Source of the DNA: an uncultured Bacteroidota bacterium
GTDB lineage: Bacteria > Bacteroidota > Ignavibacteria > Kryptoniales > JAKASW01
Length of the DNA: 64,000 nt
NCBI GenBank assembly: GCA_963704305.1
Contig: OY969888.1
Span: forward strand, 1,820,435 to 1,884,434
Direction: 5' to 3'
The position numbers and the translations under genes are program-made. Position 1 is the first letter of the stretch. Every line of letters begins with the position of its first letter. Below are positions 10,510-21,164 of the stretch, one piece after another. A model generated the notes under the pieces. That model ran no database searches and was not told the DNA's origin. It saw nothing but the letters and a program-made list of their open reading frames with translations.

Positions 10510-12093
10510 ATGAGCGAAATGTTTCTTAAGTCCGGCAACCCTGAGTTGGACTCTCTCTTGCCGCGCATCATGAGCTTCTTCGATTCCAACGCGGTCGACT
10601 ACAACGTCATGGGAAAGAAAGTGCATGGCTATCGTGACCCGGATGCACCGAGTGTCTGGATCCGCGGGATTGCGGACTCACTACGCGCATACAAATATTG
10701 GGAGAAGGACCTGAAGAGTGTCATCGAAATTTTCGCGGACACTCAAACTACCAAAGGCTGGCTCTACGACTACTTCACGATGACGCCTGAGAAGGTTCCT
10801 TGTGAAAGAGAGAACTGGGCGAAGTTCGTGCGGGTGCCAAACGAGGCTGATGTTGAATTCAGATTCGTGAAAGCAGTTTACCTTGTCTGGCAAGCCACCG
10901 GCGATGACGTCTGGATGAAGAAGATGCTGCCTTTCATGGAACGGGCACTGAATTATGTTGTCTCTGATCCGTGGCGATGGGATAAGAGAACAGGTCTCAT
11001 CAAACGTCCGTACACGATTGACACGTGGGACTTCGACTACACAGCCGGTCGCCACGATTGGCTGAATTTCCAGATCACCGACGACACTTACTGGGGAATA
11101 ATGCACGGCGACAACTCCGGCTATTATGAAGCTTTCGTCTTGATGAGCACGATGCTCTTGCAGGCAGGCAATCGTAAGAGGTCACAGTATTGGAAAAGGT
11201 TCGCTGCGAAGTTGAGGTCGAGGGCAAACAAGCTCTGCTTCAACGGCCGGTTCTACTCGCACCATGTCCCTCTCGTGCCGGTGAAAGTAGATGGTGTGGA
11301 CGAAAGCGAACAGCTCAGCCTCAGTAATCCGATGGACATCAATCGAGGTTTGGCATCTCACGAGATGGCGGTGTCGATTATCAAGGAATATCAGAGAAGG
11401 TCGAAAGAAGGAAAGGCTTTTGCTGAGTGGTTCAGCATCGATCCGCCGTTCCCCGCGGGAATTTTCGGCGACGAGAAAATTGTGAAAGGTGCTTACTGCA
11501 ACGGCGGGATAATGCCGCTCGTCGGAGGAGAGCTTGCCATGGCGGCATTCGAACACGGTTTTGAAGAGTACGGTGTCGATATCCTTCGAAGGTACGCGAA
11601 GTTGACAGCTGGCGGGGAATCGTTCCTCTGGTATTTTCCAGATGGAAAACATGCAACTCTCGAGACAAGCACGAGCCCCGATGCTTCACCCGGTGACACT
11701 TGGGGATCGTCGGCGATGCTTTATGCGCTGGTTGAAGGACTTGCCGGAGTCGTGGACACCGGCAAACTGTTCAGGAGTATTAAGCTCAGCCCGCGATGGG
11801 TGGCGGCTGGGACGGATCAAGCGGCGGTTCGATGCACTTATTCAGCCTCCGGGAGCTTCGTTGAGTATTCATATATAAATGATAGGTCGAAGGGAAAGAT
11901 CGAGATTCGACTCAATGGCAGGTCGGTCGTGGATCTGCACCTCCTATTGCCTAAGGGCGCACACTCGGACAGTCTGAGTGTCAACGGTCGTAAAATTCCT
12001 TTCGCGGATCGCAGAATTGAACAGAGTACCTATGTCGATGCGCGGTTGAGGGCGCGTGGCACCGTCAATATTGAATTAACGTACAAGATTTAG
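10510..12093 (+). CDS. Conserved hypothetical protein, possible (alpha/alpha)6 six-hairpin glycosidase-like
   Basis: 527-aa ORF with no signal peptide. The helical-repeat character with W/Y-rich segments (YTIDTWDFDYTAGRHDW, GGIMPLVGGELAMAAFEHGFEEYG) is reminiscent of six-hairpin glycosidases. The assignment is weak. Confidence 0.35.
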   Translation: MSEMFLKSGNPELDSLLPRIMSFFDSNAVDYNVMGKKVHGYRDPDAPSVWIRGIADSLRAYKYWEKDLKSVIEIFADTQTTKGWLYDYFTMTPEKVPCERENWAKFVRVPNEADVEFRFVKAVYLVWQATGDDVWMKKMLPFMERALNYVVSDPWRWDKRTGLIKRPYTIDTWDFDYTAGRHDWLNFQITDDTYWGIMHGDNSGYYEAFVLMSTMLLQAGNRKRSQYWKRFAAKLRSRANKLCFNGRFYSHHVPLVPVKVDGVDESEQLSLSNPMDINRGLASHEMAVSIIKEYQRRSKEGKAFAEWFSIDPPFPAGIFGDEKIVKGAYCNGGIMPLVGGELAMAAFEHGFEEYGVDILRRYAKLTAGGESFLWYFPDGKHATLETSTSPDASPGDTWGSSAMLYALVEGLAGVVDTGKLFRSIKLSPRWVAAGTDQAAVRCTYSASGSFVEYSYINDRSKGKIEIRLNGRSVVDLHLLLPKGAHSDSLSVNGRKIPFADRRIEQSTYVDARLRARGTVNIELTYKI

Positions 12094-12100
12094 CGAGCGT

Positions 12101-14392
12101 GTGCCCGAAGATCGAAGGAAGACTTTTGTGAGAAGACGTGACTTCGTAAAGAAATCAGCATTGGGAGCAATAGCAGTAACGCAGCTGAAGAGCGGAGTGA
12201 TGCCGGAATTACTAACACGGAGTAACGTTGATGAGAAGAAGATAAGAGAGGAACAGCAGTCGACATCATCATGGTCACTTGAGGCACCATCAAACCAGAA
12301 GATGAACCTTGATTACATCTCTTATCTACCCGGCGTTGAATATTTTCTGCTTGGGAATGGAGACATACAGGGAGTAGTACAGTATTGCAAGGACAACACG
12401 GAAGCAGGTAACAGTTCATTTTTCGGATTCACAATCATGGATGCAGAACGATTCACGGAGAAGTGGAGCACATATCTGTATCGGACATCGAGTGGACTCG
12501 CGAATGGGAGGATGTGGATAATCGTAGATGGTAAGACGTATGCAGTGTCTCGGGAGAATTTCAAAGAGATCGGGTGGAAGCAAGTGGAAGAAGTTCCTGT
12601 AGTGAGTATGAGATGGGAAGCAGGTGGATGTGAAGTAGAGGAGGAGTTATTCGTACCGAATGAAGGAGGAATAATATTCAGGCGAGGTGCTGTCAGGAAC
12701 GATGATGTGGTGAGTCACAAGGTAGAGACAGGGTTGATGATATATCCGAACGTAGGATTATTTGATGAGATATACACAGATGAGAAGACGAAGACAGTAA
12801 ATGCGGAGGGATATGCGACGCTGAGGTTGGTATCGATGGAGAAGGGAGTGAGGACGCTTGGAAGATACGATTTGCGGGTTGATGTAGGAGAGCTTGCGCC
12901 AGGCAGAGAAGCAACGACTACTTATGCATACTGCATTCGTGGCGATGAGAAGATTCTCAAAAAGAAGAGCTATGAATCTATCTGGAAAGATACGGCGTCT
13001 TACTGGAAAGCAAAGACCCAAGTATCAACCAGCAATACCAATCTCGATCATGTCTGGGAAGTTTCGAGAACGGGAGTGAAGGCCCATGTGGCAAGAAGCG
13101 GGAAGCGCGATTCCGGAACATGGGAATACGCCATGGAGTGGGTGAGAGACGATGTCATGATCATGACCGCTTTCCTGATGGCGGGTTTTCACGACGAAGC
13201 CAAGGTACTCCTGCTTCGAATGCTGAACAAGTTCGTTGCGAGCGATGGACGAACTGTCGAATCGAGCCGTGTTTACGATTATCAATTTACGGAGATTGAC
13301 CAGAACGGAGAACTGTTGTACGGCATCTGGATGTACTTGTGCTGGTCGGGGGACTTTGCGACGATCAGAAGATACTGGGACAAAATTATTCTTCTCGCCA
13401 GGCTGCCGCTGAAACCGTATTTCCGAGACAAGAAGTCCGGCCTTCTGAGCAATCAGAGAGAATTCTGGGAAAGGTCAGATTCGTTCGGAGTCAAACCCGG
13501 TTTCGAGCTCGCCTACCAGTTCTGGGTGATCATGGGTTTGGAGAAAATTTCTGAAGTTGCTGATAAACTCGGTCGCAAATCAGAGGCGAAAGAATGGCGC
13601 GATGCCGGAAGGTCGATCAAGAATGCCTTCTTGAATGATCCGAAATTCCGATTGGTGGAAGACGGTCACTTTATTAAGCGGCGGACACTTGACGGAGAAT
13701 GGCAAAAAACTTTTGTCCCACCCAACCGGAAGAACATGCCGGCCGGAACTCCAATTGCCATTGAAGAAAATCCTCTTGCAGAACCCGATGCAAGCGAGGT
13801 TCTACCTATCATGTTCGGAATGGTGGACCCCGCAAGTGATCTGTCACGCCGGACCCTCGAGTGGATCGAGCCTCTCTGGAACCAGCGCTGGGATATCGGA
13901 GGCTATGAACGTTACGACAGTTCCAGCGAGCCTGAACCTGCGGGGCCATGGCCGTTTCCGTCCCTTTTCATTGCACAGGCATATTGGGAAGCGGGGAATT
14001 ACCAGAAGGGGATGCGCGTTGTCGACTGGCTGAACAACGTTCACGGTGGAATTTCAGGAGGCTGGTTCGAGTATTATCCGAAGGGTCATCCCGACGTTGG
14101 ACTCGTCGGATGGAACTGGGCTGAAGTGATCAGGCTTGTCATCGACCACATCATTGGAGTGAAGCCAGAGCTTGATAACCTGGTCTTGCGCCCAAAGCTC
14201 GCGCCGGAGTTGAAAGCGGTCAAGACACAGGTCAGAGTGAGAGAGATGGATCTCAACATTAGTATGTCGACCTCTGCAGCAATTACTGAGGCCAGGATAA
14301 ATGGAAAAGAAGCATCGTTGAAGGGTGGACAATTGGTAATTCCTTATCGGAAGAACTCTAGGTTGAATATCGAGATAAACATTGGACATTGA
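12101..14392 (+). CDS. Tat-exported six-hairpin glycoside-hydrolase-like protein (GH15-like)
   Basis: GTG start. Twin-arginine signal VRRRDFVKKSALGAIAVT. Motifs EYAMEWVRDDVMIMTAFLMAG, IDQNGELLYGIW and REFWER resemble glucoamylase/GH15-type (alpha/alpha)6 catalytic domains. Confidence 0.45.
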   Translation: MPEDRRKTFVRRRDFVKKSALGAIAVTQLKSGVMPELLTRSNVDEKKIREEQQSTSSWSLEAPSNQKMNLDYISYLPGVEYFLLGNGDIQGVVQYCKDNTEAGNSSFFGFTIMDAERFTEKWSTYLYRTSSGLANGRMWIIVDGKTYAVSRENFKEIGWKQVEEVPVVSMRWEAGGCEVEEELFVPNEGGIIFRRGAVRNDDVVSHKVETGLMIYPNVGLFDEIYTDEKTKTVNAEGYATLRLVSMEKGVRTLGRYDLRVDVGELAPGREATTTYAYCIRGDEKILKKKSYESIWKDTASYWKAKTQVSTSNTNLDHVWEVSRTGVKAHVARSGKRDSGTWEYAMEWVRDDVMIMTAFLMAGFHDEAKVLLLRMLNKFVASDGRTVESSRVYDYQFTEIDQNGELLYGIWMYLCWSGDFATIRRYWDKIILLARLPLKPYFRDKKSGLLSNQREFWERSDSFGVKPGFELAYQFWVIMGLEKISEVADKLGRKSEAKEWRDAGRSIKNAFLNDPKFRLVEDGHFIKRRTLDGEWQKTFVPPNRKNMPAGTPIAIEENPLAEPDASEVLPIMFGMVDPASDLSRRTLEWIEPLWNQRWDIGGYERYDSSSEPEPAGPWPFPSLFIAQAYWEAGNYQKGMRVVDWLNNVHGGISGGWFEYYPKGHPDVGLVGWNWAEVIRLVIDHIIGVKPELDNLVLRPKLAPELKAVKTQVRVREMDLNISMSTSAAITEARINGKEASLKGGQLVIPYRKNSRLNIEINIGH

Positions 14393-14404
14393 GGTAACAG
14401 CGAA

Positions 14405-15703
14405 GTGAATCGGAGAAGGTTCGTAAACTCTGCACTTGGAATGGCGGGCAGCGCAGGCTTTGTCAAACTATTTGGTCGTTCGCTTGGTTTCGAACAAAAA
14501 TTGAGGATGGTGTCTTCGAGGGAGGATTTGCTTGACAATCGTTTCGATCCATCTGACGAAAAATTTTGGTCACTTCTGAGAATGCAGTTTCCGTTGACGC
14601 GTGAAAGGGTATACTTCAATACTGGCGGTCTAGGTGCTTCTCCATTTGAGGTGATCGACGCGGTTAAGACGGAGATGAATTCCCTCGAAAGAATTTCAGA
14701 GACCGGGCATACAGAAGACCTGTGGAAAGAGATCAAGATGTCTGCTGCTGGACTTCTTGGATGCGACTGGGAAGAACTTGCCTTCACGCGTAACGCGACT
14801 GAAGGGATTAACATAGTTGCAAACGGATTCCCGCTTCAGCCAGGCGATGAAGTGATCACTTCGACTCACGAGCATGTCGCGAACGAGTTCACCTGGCTCG
14901 TCGGACAGAAGCGGAAAGGGTTTGTGATCAAGGTGTTCGAGCCGTCGCGCGAGTCCGTACAAGAGAACATCGATCGAATTGACAGGCTGATCACAAAAAG
15001 AACGCGGTTGATTAGCCTGGCACACATAACTTGTACAGCAGGGCAGTTAATGCCCGTGAAGGAGATCGCCCAACTTGCGGAGAGCAAGCGCATATGGTTC
15101 TTCGTTGACGGTGCGCAGAGCGCCGGGATGATGCCGTTCAATTTGCATGACATCGGATGCGACGCCTACGCGACGAGCGGACACAAATGGCTCCTGGGAC
15201 CGAAAGAGACTGGCTTATTGTATGTGCGAAAGGATATGCTCGATGTCGTTCAGGCAAAGTTTGTTGGTGCGTATTCCGACGATGGATACGATTTCATCAA
15301 GGATACTTTTGCGCTTAGTCCGACAGCCCAACGTTACGAATATGGGACTGTGAGCACGCCTCTTCGAGTCGGCCTGCATGCTGCCATCCGGTTTATCACC
15401 GCGATCGGGATCGATAACGTGTGGAAACACGACACGGCACTATCCACCCATCTGTACCATGAACTTGAGAAAATGTCCGACATCGAAATCCTTTCTCCTG
15501 TGAACGAAAGTAATAGGAGCGGAATGGTAACGTTCAAGCATAGAAAGATTCCGTATTTGGATCTTGAGGATCGGTTAACGAAGGCGAAGTTCCGCACGCG
15601 AGGTGTCGGAGAGGCCGGCTTGAATGCAAATAGAATTTCGACGCACGTTTACAATGACATCGAAGAAGTCGATCGCCTTATCTCAGTCATAAAGCAGGCA
15701 TGA
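14405..15703 (+). CDS. Class V aminotransferase-fold PLP enzyme (cysteine desulfurase / epimerase-like) with Tat-type signal
   Basis: N-terminus MNRRRFVNSALGMAGSAGF is a twin-arginine motif. The PLP-lysine motif is ATSGHKWLLGPKETGLLYV, and the overall pattern is that of a class V fold. Confidence 0.75.
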   Translation: MNRRRFVNSALGMAGSAGFVKLFGRSLGFEQKLRMVSSREDLLDNRFDPSDEKFWSLLRMQFPLTRERVYFNTGGLGASPFEVIDAVKTEMNSLERISETGHTEDLWKEIKMSAAGLLGCDWEELAFTRNATEGINIVANGFPLQPGDEVITSTHEHVANEFTWLVGQKRKGFVIKVFEPSRESVQENIDRIDRLITKRTRLISLAHITCTAGQLMPVKEIAQLAESKRIWFFVDGAQSAGMMPFNLHDIGCDAYATSGHKWLLGPKETGLLYVRKDMLDVVQAKFVGAYSDDGYDFIKDTFALSPTAQRYEYGTVSTPLRVGLHAAIRFITAIGIDNVWKHDTALSTHLYHELEKMSDIEILSPVNESNRSGMVTFKHRKIPYLDLEDRLTKAKFRTRGVGEAGLNANRISTHVYNDIEEVDRLISVIKQA

Positions 15704-15806
15704 TTCCAGTATTGACTTGAATCTTCGGGAATGTTACGTCTACTCCAACGTCGCGTGGTCGTCCGGTCTGAATGCTCAAGAAAATTAGACTGAAGAAGGA
15801 AGAAAT

Positions 15807-17729
15807 ATGAAGTCTATTAACTTACTCGACTACTCTATCGTCGCAGCATATTTCTTCTTCATGCTCGGAATAGGATTCTATTTCCGCCGCATCAACAAAG
15901 GGGCGCGCGAGTATTTCGTCGGTGGCAGCATGATCCCCTGGTGGGTCTCCGGCATGACGCTGTACATCGGCAATTTCAGCGCGTGGACGTTTACAGGAGC
16001 GGCGGGCTTCGCATACAGCACAGGTCTCTTTGCGATATTGTACTTCGCATCATGGTCCATCTCCTACTTCGTTGGCTCTCAACTGACCGCTGCCAAATGG
16101 AGAAGGACCCGATCGATTTCTCCCGTAGAGTATACTTATACCAGATTCAATGTTTCGACTCAGCAATTTCTCGGCTGGGTGATGTCGGCAAATTACATCC
16201 TTGCCGCCGGTGTTCAATTGGCAGCAACCTGCGAGATATTCGCTCCCGTAATGAGGCTGGAGATTAGCAGTGTCATTCTGGTGATGGGGACAGTGATTCT
16301 CCTGTATACCTTCATGGGCGGACTGTGGGCAGTCTCGATCACCAACGTCGTACAAGGAGTCATCCTCCTGAGCGTCACGTTCATTGTCATGCCGTTGAGT
16401 CTTGGTCTCGTTGGTGGAATCGGACCGTTGTTGAAAGCACTTCCTACTCTTGAGTTGAACCACGTTTACAATGGCATCGACTATAATGTCAACTGGCTCG
16501 TGGGTGTTTTTGTGATAATGTCTCTCGGCACGGCCGCCGGTCAGGCACAGAGATTCTACAGTGTGAAAGATGAACGGGACGCAAAACGGGTTGGCAAGAT
16601 GGCGGGAATATTATTCCTGTCGGTTCCCCTTGTGTTCGGCGTTCCACCGTTGGTGGCAAGAGTTATCTGGCCGAATCTGTCTCAGATTCCTTTCTTCCAG
16701 CCATTTGTCGGACATAATCCGCAGGATCTCGTCTTCGTCGGACTCTGCCTCAAGCTCCTGCCGAACGGGCTGATTGGTGTTTTCCTTGCGGCGATGCTTG
16801 CCGCAACGATGAGCGCTCTCAGTACAGTGTATAACCTTGTGTCGTCGATAATCTCCCGCGACATTTATCAGGGTTTGTTCGACAAGTCTGCCGATGATCG
16901 GAAGTTGCTGAAGGTCGGTCGCATAGCTTCGGCTTCGATCGGAGTGGTGGTGATTATCGAAGCGATCATATTTGTGAAGAGCAAGCTGGGGATCTTCAAT
17001 ATGATGCAGGTCTTCTTCACGATGCTGAACATTCCGGTCGTGCTGCCGATTGCGTGCGGCCTGCTGATTAGGAAAGCCTCACGATGGGCCGGCATCGCGG
17101 TGATCGTCTGGGGACTGATTGTTGGAATGACAACGAGATACATCTCGGGGTGGACAATGGGAGGACAAATTTATGCACAGGTCATATCGACTTTCGTCCT
17201 TTTCGTTTCTTCTCATGCGCTCGGAGTTTTGTATAAGAGAAGCAGAAGTCAGTCATTGCTCCTTTCGATAGCGGTGGCGATAACAGCGTTCGTTCTCTTC
17301 ACGTTGACTGCCGCCAATTCAATGAACATTATTCTCGTTTCATTGACGGCTGTCTCATCACTTGCTCTTGGTGCGAGCCTGTACGTCTTTTCCCGATTGT
17401 TCGGAGGTGAGACGGAAAATCAGCGGAGGGTCATAAATGATTTCTTCAAGAAACTTGATACTCCCGTCGATGTCATGAAGGAAGTATTCGGAGCCGGAAG
17501 AAAACAGGTATCGACATTCCCGATCGTCGGTGGAATTACGATGGTCATGGGCATTCTCATTAGTTTGATTCTGTTCTCCGGCGTTCCTCCCGGCCAGCGG
17601 CCGATAGTGGTGATCCTTTCCGGGATCCTTGTCGTGTTCGGTGTCATGATGTGGTTCTTCGGAAAACAATCTCAGAAAAAGGCAGACAGATTGGCCAGGG
17701 CGATAGCAAAATCTGAGGAAGCAAAGTGA
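15807..17729 (+). CDS. Sodium:solute symporter (SSS) family transporter
   Basis: 640-aa polytopic membrane protein of about 13-14 TM helices. The N-terminal pattern FYFRRINKGAREYFVGGSMIPWWVSGMTLYIGNFSAWTFTGAAGFAY is typical of the SSF family. Confidence 0.8.
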   Translation: MKSINLLDYSIVAAYFFFMLGIGFYFRRINKGAREYFVGGSMIPWWVSGMTLYIGNFSAWTFTGAAGFAYSTGLFAILYFASWSISYFVGSQLTAAKWRRTRSISPVEYTYTRFNVSTQQFLGWVMSANYILAAGVQLAATCEIFAPVMRLEISSVILVMGTVILLYTFMGGLWAVSITNVVQGVILLSVTFIVMPLSLGLVGGIGPLLKALPTLELNHVYNGIDYNVNWLVGVFVIMSLGTAAGQAQRFYSVKDERDAKRVGKMAGILFLSVPLVFGVPPLVARVIWPNLSQIPFFQPFVGHNPQDLVFVGLCLKLLPNGLIGVFLAAMLAATMSALSTVYNLVSSIISRDIYQGLFDKSADDRKLLKVGRIASASIGVVVIIEAIIFVKSKLGIFNMMQVFFTMLNIPVVLPIACGLLIRKASRWAGIAVIVWGLIVGMTTRYISGWTMGGQIYAQVISTFVLFVSSHALGVLYKRSRSQSLLLSIAVAITAFVLFTLTAANSMNIILVSLTAVSSLALGASLYVFSRLFGGETENQRRVINDFFKKLDTPVDVMKEVFGAGRKQVSTFPIVGGITMVMGILISLILFSGVPPGQRPIVVILSGILVVFGVMMWFFGKQSQKKADRLARAIAKSEEAK

Positions 17730-17748
17730 ATGCAAAAAGTCGACTTGG

Positions 17749-18657
17749 GTGATTGAAATGAAAATTGCACAATTTGAAAATGAGCGCGGCAAACTCGTCG
17801 GTCTTTGGTTAAAGACACACTGGATTGATTTTTCCTCAGCGCTAAAAATGTTTGCTGAAATTGTTGAACGTAATGAATGTGAAGCGGTACCGACGATCGA
17901 TAATCTCTTAACCAGCGGAATGTTCGGTCTGAACAGGTTTAAGAGGGTGTCGGAATTTATATTGTCACATCGCATGGATCGTTACCTCGCACTTAGCAAT
18001 GACTCGACATTGAAGGCGCCGCTCTCTCGTCCGGGGAAAGTGATCGCGCTAGGTAGGAACTATGCCCTGCATGCGAAAGAGTCAGGAAGGCCGGTTCCAA
18101 AAGAGCCGATAATTTTTGAAAAGGCCAGTTCTGCAATCATCGGACCCGGTGAGGCGATCAGAGTTCCGAAGCATCTCGGAAGAATTGATCATGAAGTTGA
18201 ACTGGCAGTTGTGATCGGACGTCGCGCGCGGCGGGTAAGGAAGAGAGATGCATATCGATACGTCGCCGGTTATTGCATAGCACTTGACATAACTGCTCGC
18301 GATCTACAGGAGATGGATCTTGCGGCGGCGAATCCATGGTTCCGGTCAAAGAGTTTTGATACGTTCATGCCGTTGGGACCCTGGCTCCTGCTCTCAGATG
18401 AGATTACTCCTCCCGTCGATCTTAGCATTGAATGCAGTGTGAACGGAAAGCTCCGCCAGAGAGCGAACACACGAGACCTCGTATTTGATATCCCAACAAT
18501 GATACGGTTCATCACGGAACATATCACGCTCGAGCCTGGTGACATCATTTCCACGGGCACTCCGGAGGGGATCGGACCGATCAGGCCGGGCGATGTTATC
18601 ACTTCAAGGATTGAAAAAATCGGTGAGATGAAAAACCCTGTCAAGCTTGATCGATGA
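17749..18657 (+). CDS. Fumarylacetoacetate hydrolase (FAH) family hydrolase/isomerase/decarboxylase
   Basis: KVIALGRNYALHAKESG..PIIFEKASSAIIGPGEAIRVP..IDHEVELAVVIG..GDIISTGTPEGIG are FAH-family signatures. The start may be ATG 17758. Confidence 0.85.
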   Translation: MIEMKIAQFENERGKLVGLWLKTHWIDFSSALKMFAEIVERNECEAVPTIDNLLTSGMFGLNRFKRVSEFILSHRMDRYLALSNDSTLKAPLSRPGKVIALGRNYALHAKESGRPVPKEPIIFEKASSAIIGPGEAIRVPKHLGRIDHEVELAVVIGRRARRVRKRDAYRYVAGYCIALDITARDLQEMDLAAANPWFRSKSFDTFMPLGPWLLLSDEITPPVDLSIECSVNGKLRQRANTRDLVFDIPTMIRFITEHITLEPGDIISTGTPEGIGPIRPGDVITSRIEKIGEMKNPVKLDR

Positions 18658-19751
18658 AGATAGAGAAGGTCATCTTGACCCATGTCAGGATTCCCTTCAG
18701 GGAACCTTTCAGGATAAGCAATGGATCGGTCTCGGAGAAGGACGCGATAATAGTCTCACTTTTTTCCGAAGGTGTGGTTGGCTACGGTGAGGCATCGCCG
18801 ATGGCAGGTTCGTTCTATTCCGATGACACTCCGGAGTCAACCTGGGATTCTCTAGTGTATGAAATTGTTCCGTCGGTCTTGAAGGCAAGACCGGAAAGTC
18901 TCGATGATCTCAACGCTCTTTTGCAGAAATCGACAGCTGGCGGATTCGCCCGCGCCGGAATAGAGACGGCGACATGGGATGCGATTTCGAGATCGAAAGG
19001 AAAACCACTCTCAGAAATACTCGGCGGCGTTCGGACTAGGATCGAATCGGGACTTGCTGTCGGAATCTATGATTCGGTGGACGAGCTGATCAAACATGTC
19101 GAGCGCTACTTACGAGATGGTTATCGCCGATTGAAAATCAAAATCCAAAAAGGTTGGGACATTGCACCACTGAACAGTGTTCGTTCTCATTTCGGCGATA
19201 TTCCGCTAATGGTCGATGCCAATTGCGCATATGATCGTAACGACATCGATTACCTGAAGCAATTGGACGAATTCGGTTTGACGATGATCGAGCAGCCGCT
19301 TAAGAAGGAGGACCTTGAAGGACTGGCCGCGCTCCAGAGTAAGATCACCACACCAGTTTGTCTCGATGAATCAGCAGCAAATGTCGACACGGTGCGTCGG
19401 GCGATCGGTCTTGGGAGCTGCAAGATAATCAACATAAAGATACAGCGAGTCGGCGGTCTGCAGCAGGCGAAGGCGATACACGACATCTGTGTCGGTGCGG
19501 GAATATCCCTCTGGGTTGGCACGATGCCCGAGCTCGGCGTTGGTGCCGTCCATGCATTGAGCCTCGCAACATTGCCCGGCTTCAATTACCCGACCGATGT
19601 TGAATCGTCGGAAAGATGGTTCACCGACGAAGTAATACTGCCATGTATCAGAGTCGAAAACGGATTTATCAATGTGGATGATTATTTCCCTTATGAGGTG
19701 AATCCGCAAGTAATGCAGAAGCACAAGGTGAGAGAAATCGCATTCTCATGA
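18654..19751 (+). CDS. Enolase-superfamily enzyme, MLE subgroup (racemase / epimerase / OSBS-like)
   Basis: ATGA start/stop overlap with the FAH gene. KxK motif (RLKIKIQK). Metal ligands are in LMVDANCAY, MIEQPL and CLDES. Confidence 0.8.
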   Translation: MKIEKVILTHVRIPFREPFRISNGSVSEKDAIIVSLFSEGVVGYGEASPMAGSFYSDDTPESTWDSLVYEIVPSVLKARPESLDDLNALLQKSTAGGFARAGIETATWDAISRSKGKPLSEILGGVRTRIESGLAVGIYDSVDELIKHVERYLRDGYRRLKIKIQKGWDIAPLNSVRSHFGDIPLMVDANCAYDRNDIDYLKQLDEFGLTMIEQPLKKEDLEGLAALQSKITTPVCLDESAANVDTVRRAIGLGSCKIINIKIQRVGGLQQAKAIHDICVGAGISLWVGTMPELGVGAVHALSLATLPGFNYPTDVESSERWFTDEVILPCIRVENGFINVDDYFPYEVNPQVMQKHKVREIAFS

Positions 19752-19777
19752 TTATATTCAACATTGTCGGTTGAATT

Positions 19778-20851
19778 ATGGCTGATAAGAAATCGAAACA
19801 AAAAAGTGCGACGAAGCACGGCGTCCGCGATACAAAGGTGGCAAAGGACCTTGCGACCTCATTTGCCGGTCTCCAGCTTCGCAGCCCATTGATAGTTGCT
19901 TCCGGTCCTGCGAGCCATGATGTGAAACAAGTGAAGGTTGCCGAGGCGATGGGAGCCAGTGCGGTGGTTCTGAAGACCGTCTGCTCCGAAAAATACGAGC
20001 ACATGCGTCGGTGGCCAAGACCTCGTTATAAGCTCCTTGATTGGGACAGGCAGATAGAGGGGAGATCGACGAAGTTTACTCTTTACTCATACGAACAGGG
20101 TTACAGCGGAACGCTCCAGGATTATTGGGACTTCATCAAAGTCTCCAAGGCAAATGTCAAGATACCTATTATCGGGAGTGCCTTCGCGGATGTCGTCGAT
20201 GATTGGATAGACCTGGCAGGAAACATCGAGAGAAGCGGAGCGGATGCTGTCGAGCTGGATATTTCATCGCCGCATCGTCCGGGGAGCCTCGATTTTGAAA
20301 ATACTTTTGTCGCGGCAATCAAGGCTGTCGTCCACAACACGCATATACCCGTGTTGGTGAAGCTCGCGCCCGGACCAGATGTTGTGAACGAATCTCTCAT
20401 CGCACAGGACTGTGGCGCCGCTGCGGTCACGTTGTGCAACCGGCTGAGGGGGATTGATATCGATATCGAAAGCCAGCGCCCGATTCTTCACGGAAACTAT
20501 GCGGGAGTCGGCGGGCCCTGGACGAAATATTACAACTTCCGTTACGTAAGCGAAGTGGCGAGCGCCGCAAAGATTCCTATCAGCGCTTCGAGCGGAGTTA
20601 TGAATGCAGAAGATGTAATCAAGTACATATTACTCGGCGCTACGACAGTACAGATCCTGTCGGTCATAATGGTCAACGGGTGGGAAGTGATACGGAAAAT
20701 TGAAGAGGGGATAAGAGCGTATGTGGTGCGAAATGAATTAAGTTCTCTTCACGATATTTGTGGAATTGCTCTTAAGAATTTTACTGCGCCGGACAAGATA
20801 GCTCGCTGGAGCGGTGAATCTAAACGCGGACCTCGCAATGACTCGGACTAA
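19778..20851 (+). CDS. Dihydroorotate/dihydropyrimidine dehydrogenase-like FMN TIM-barrel oxidoreductase
   Basis: LQLRSPLIVASGPASHD..VVLKTV..VLVKLAPG..TLCNR..GVGGP..ISASSGVMNAEDVIKYILLGATTVQI is the DHOD/PreA-like pattern. Confidence 0.7.
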   Translation: MADKKSKQKSATKHGVRDTKVAKDLATSFAGLQLRSPLIVASGPASHDVKQVKVAEAMGASAVVLKTVCSEKYEHMRRWPRPRYKLLDWDRQIEGRSTKFTLYSYEQGYSGTLQDYWDFIKVSKANVKIPIIGSAFADVVDDWIDLAGNIERSGADAVELDISSPHRPGSLDFENTFVAAIKAVVHNTHIPVLVKLAPGPDVVNESLIAQDCGAAAVTLCNRLRGIDIDIESQRPILHGNYAGVGGPWTKYYNFRYVSEVASAAKIPISASSGVMNAEDVIKYILLGATTVQILSVIMVNGWEVIRKIEEGIRAYVVRNELSSLHDICGIALKNFTAPDKIARWSGESKRGPRNDSD

Positions 20852-21164
20852 GAGGAAGTATGTCGGCCTCAATCCGCTTCCGCCGGATTTCGCTGCGGAT
20901 CATCCGCCGCTCGCTTACGTGGTTGAAGAGGCGTGCATTGGATGCGATCGCTGCATCCCTCTCTGTTTTTTCGATGCGTTGACAATGATAGAAAAGCCCA
21001 AGCATAAGTATAAAAGAGTGGCTGTGGTTGAGCCGGACAATTGCACCGGATGCGGACTCTGTTTCGAGGCATGTCCAACCGACGCATTCGTTTGGGTTCC
21101 CGATAATGCATGCGACCGTCTCGTGAATAAAATTGACATTAGTCTCGAGGACAGGGACCTATGA
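20814..21164 (+). CDS. 2x[4Fe-4S] ferredoxin-domain protein
   Basis: Two cluster motifs, CIGCDRCIPLC and CTGCGLCFEACP. It overlaps the end of the DHOD-like gene. The real start may be ATG 20838. Confidence 0.75.
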   Translation: MNLNADLAMTRTKRKYVGLNPLPPDFAADHPPLAYVVEEACIGCDRCIPLCFFDALTMIEKPKHKYKRVAVVEPDNCTGCGLCFEACPTDAFVWVPDNACDRLVNKIDISLEDRDL

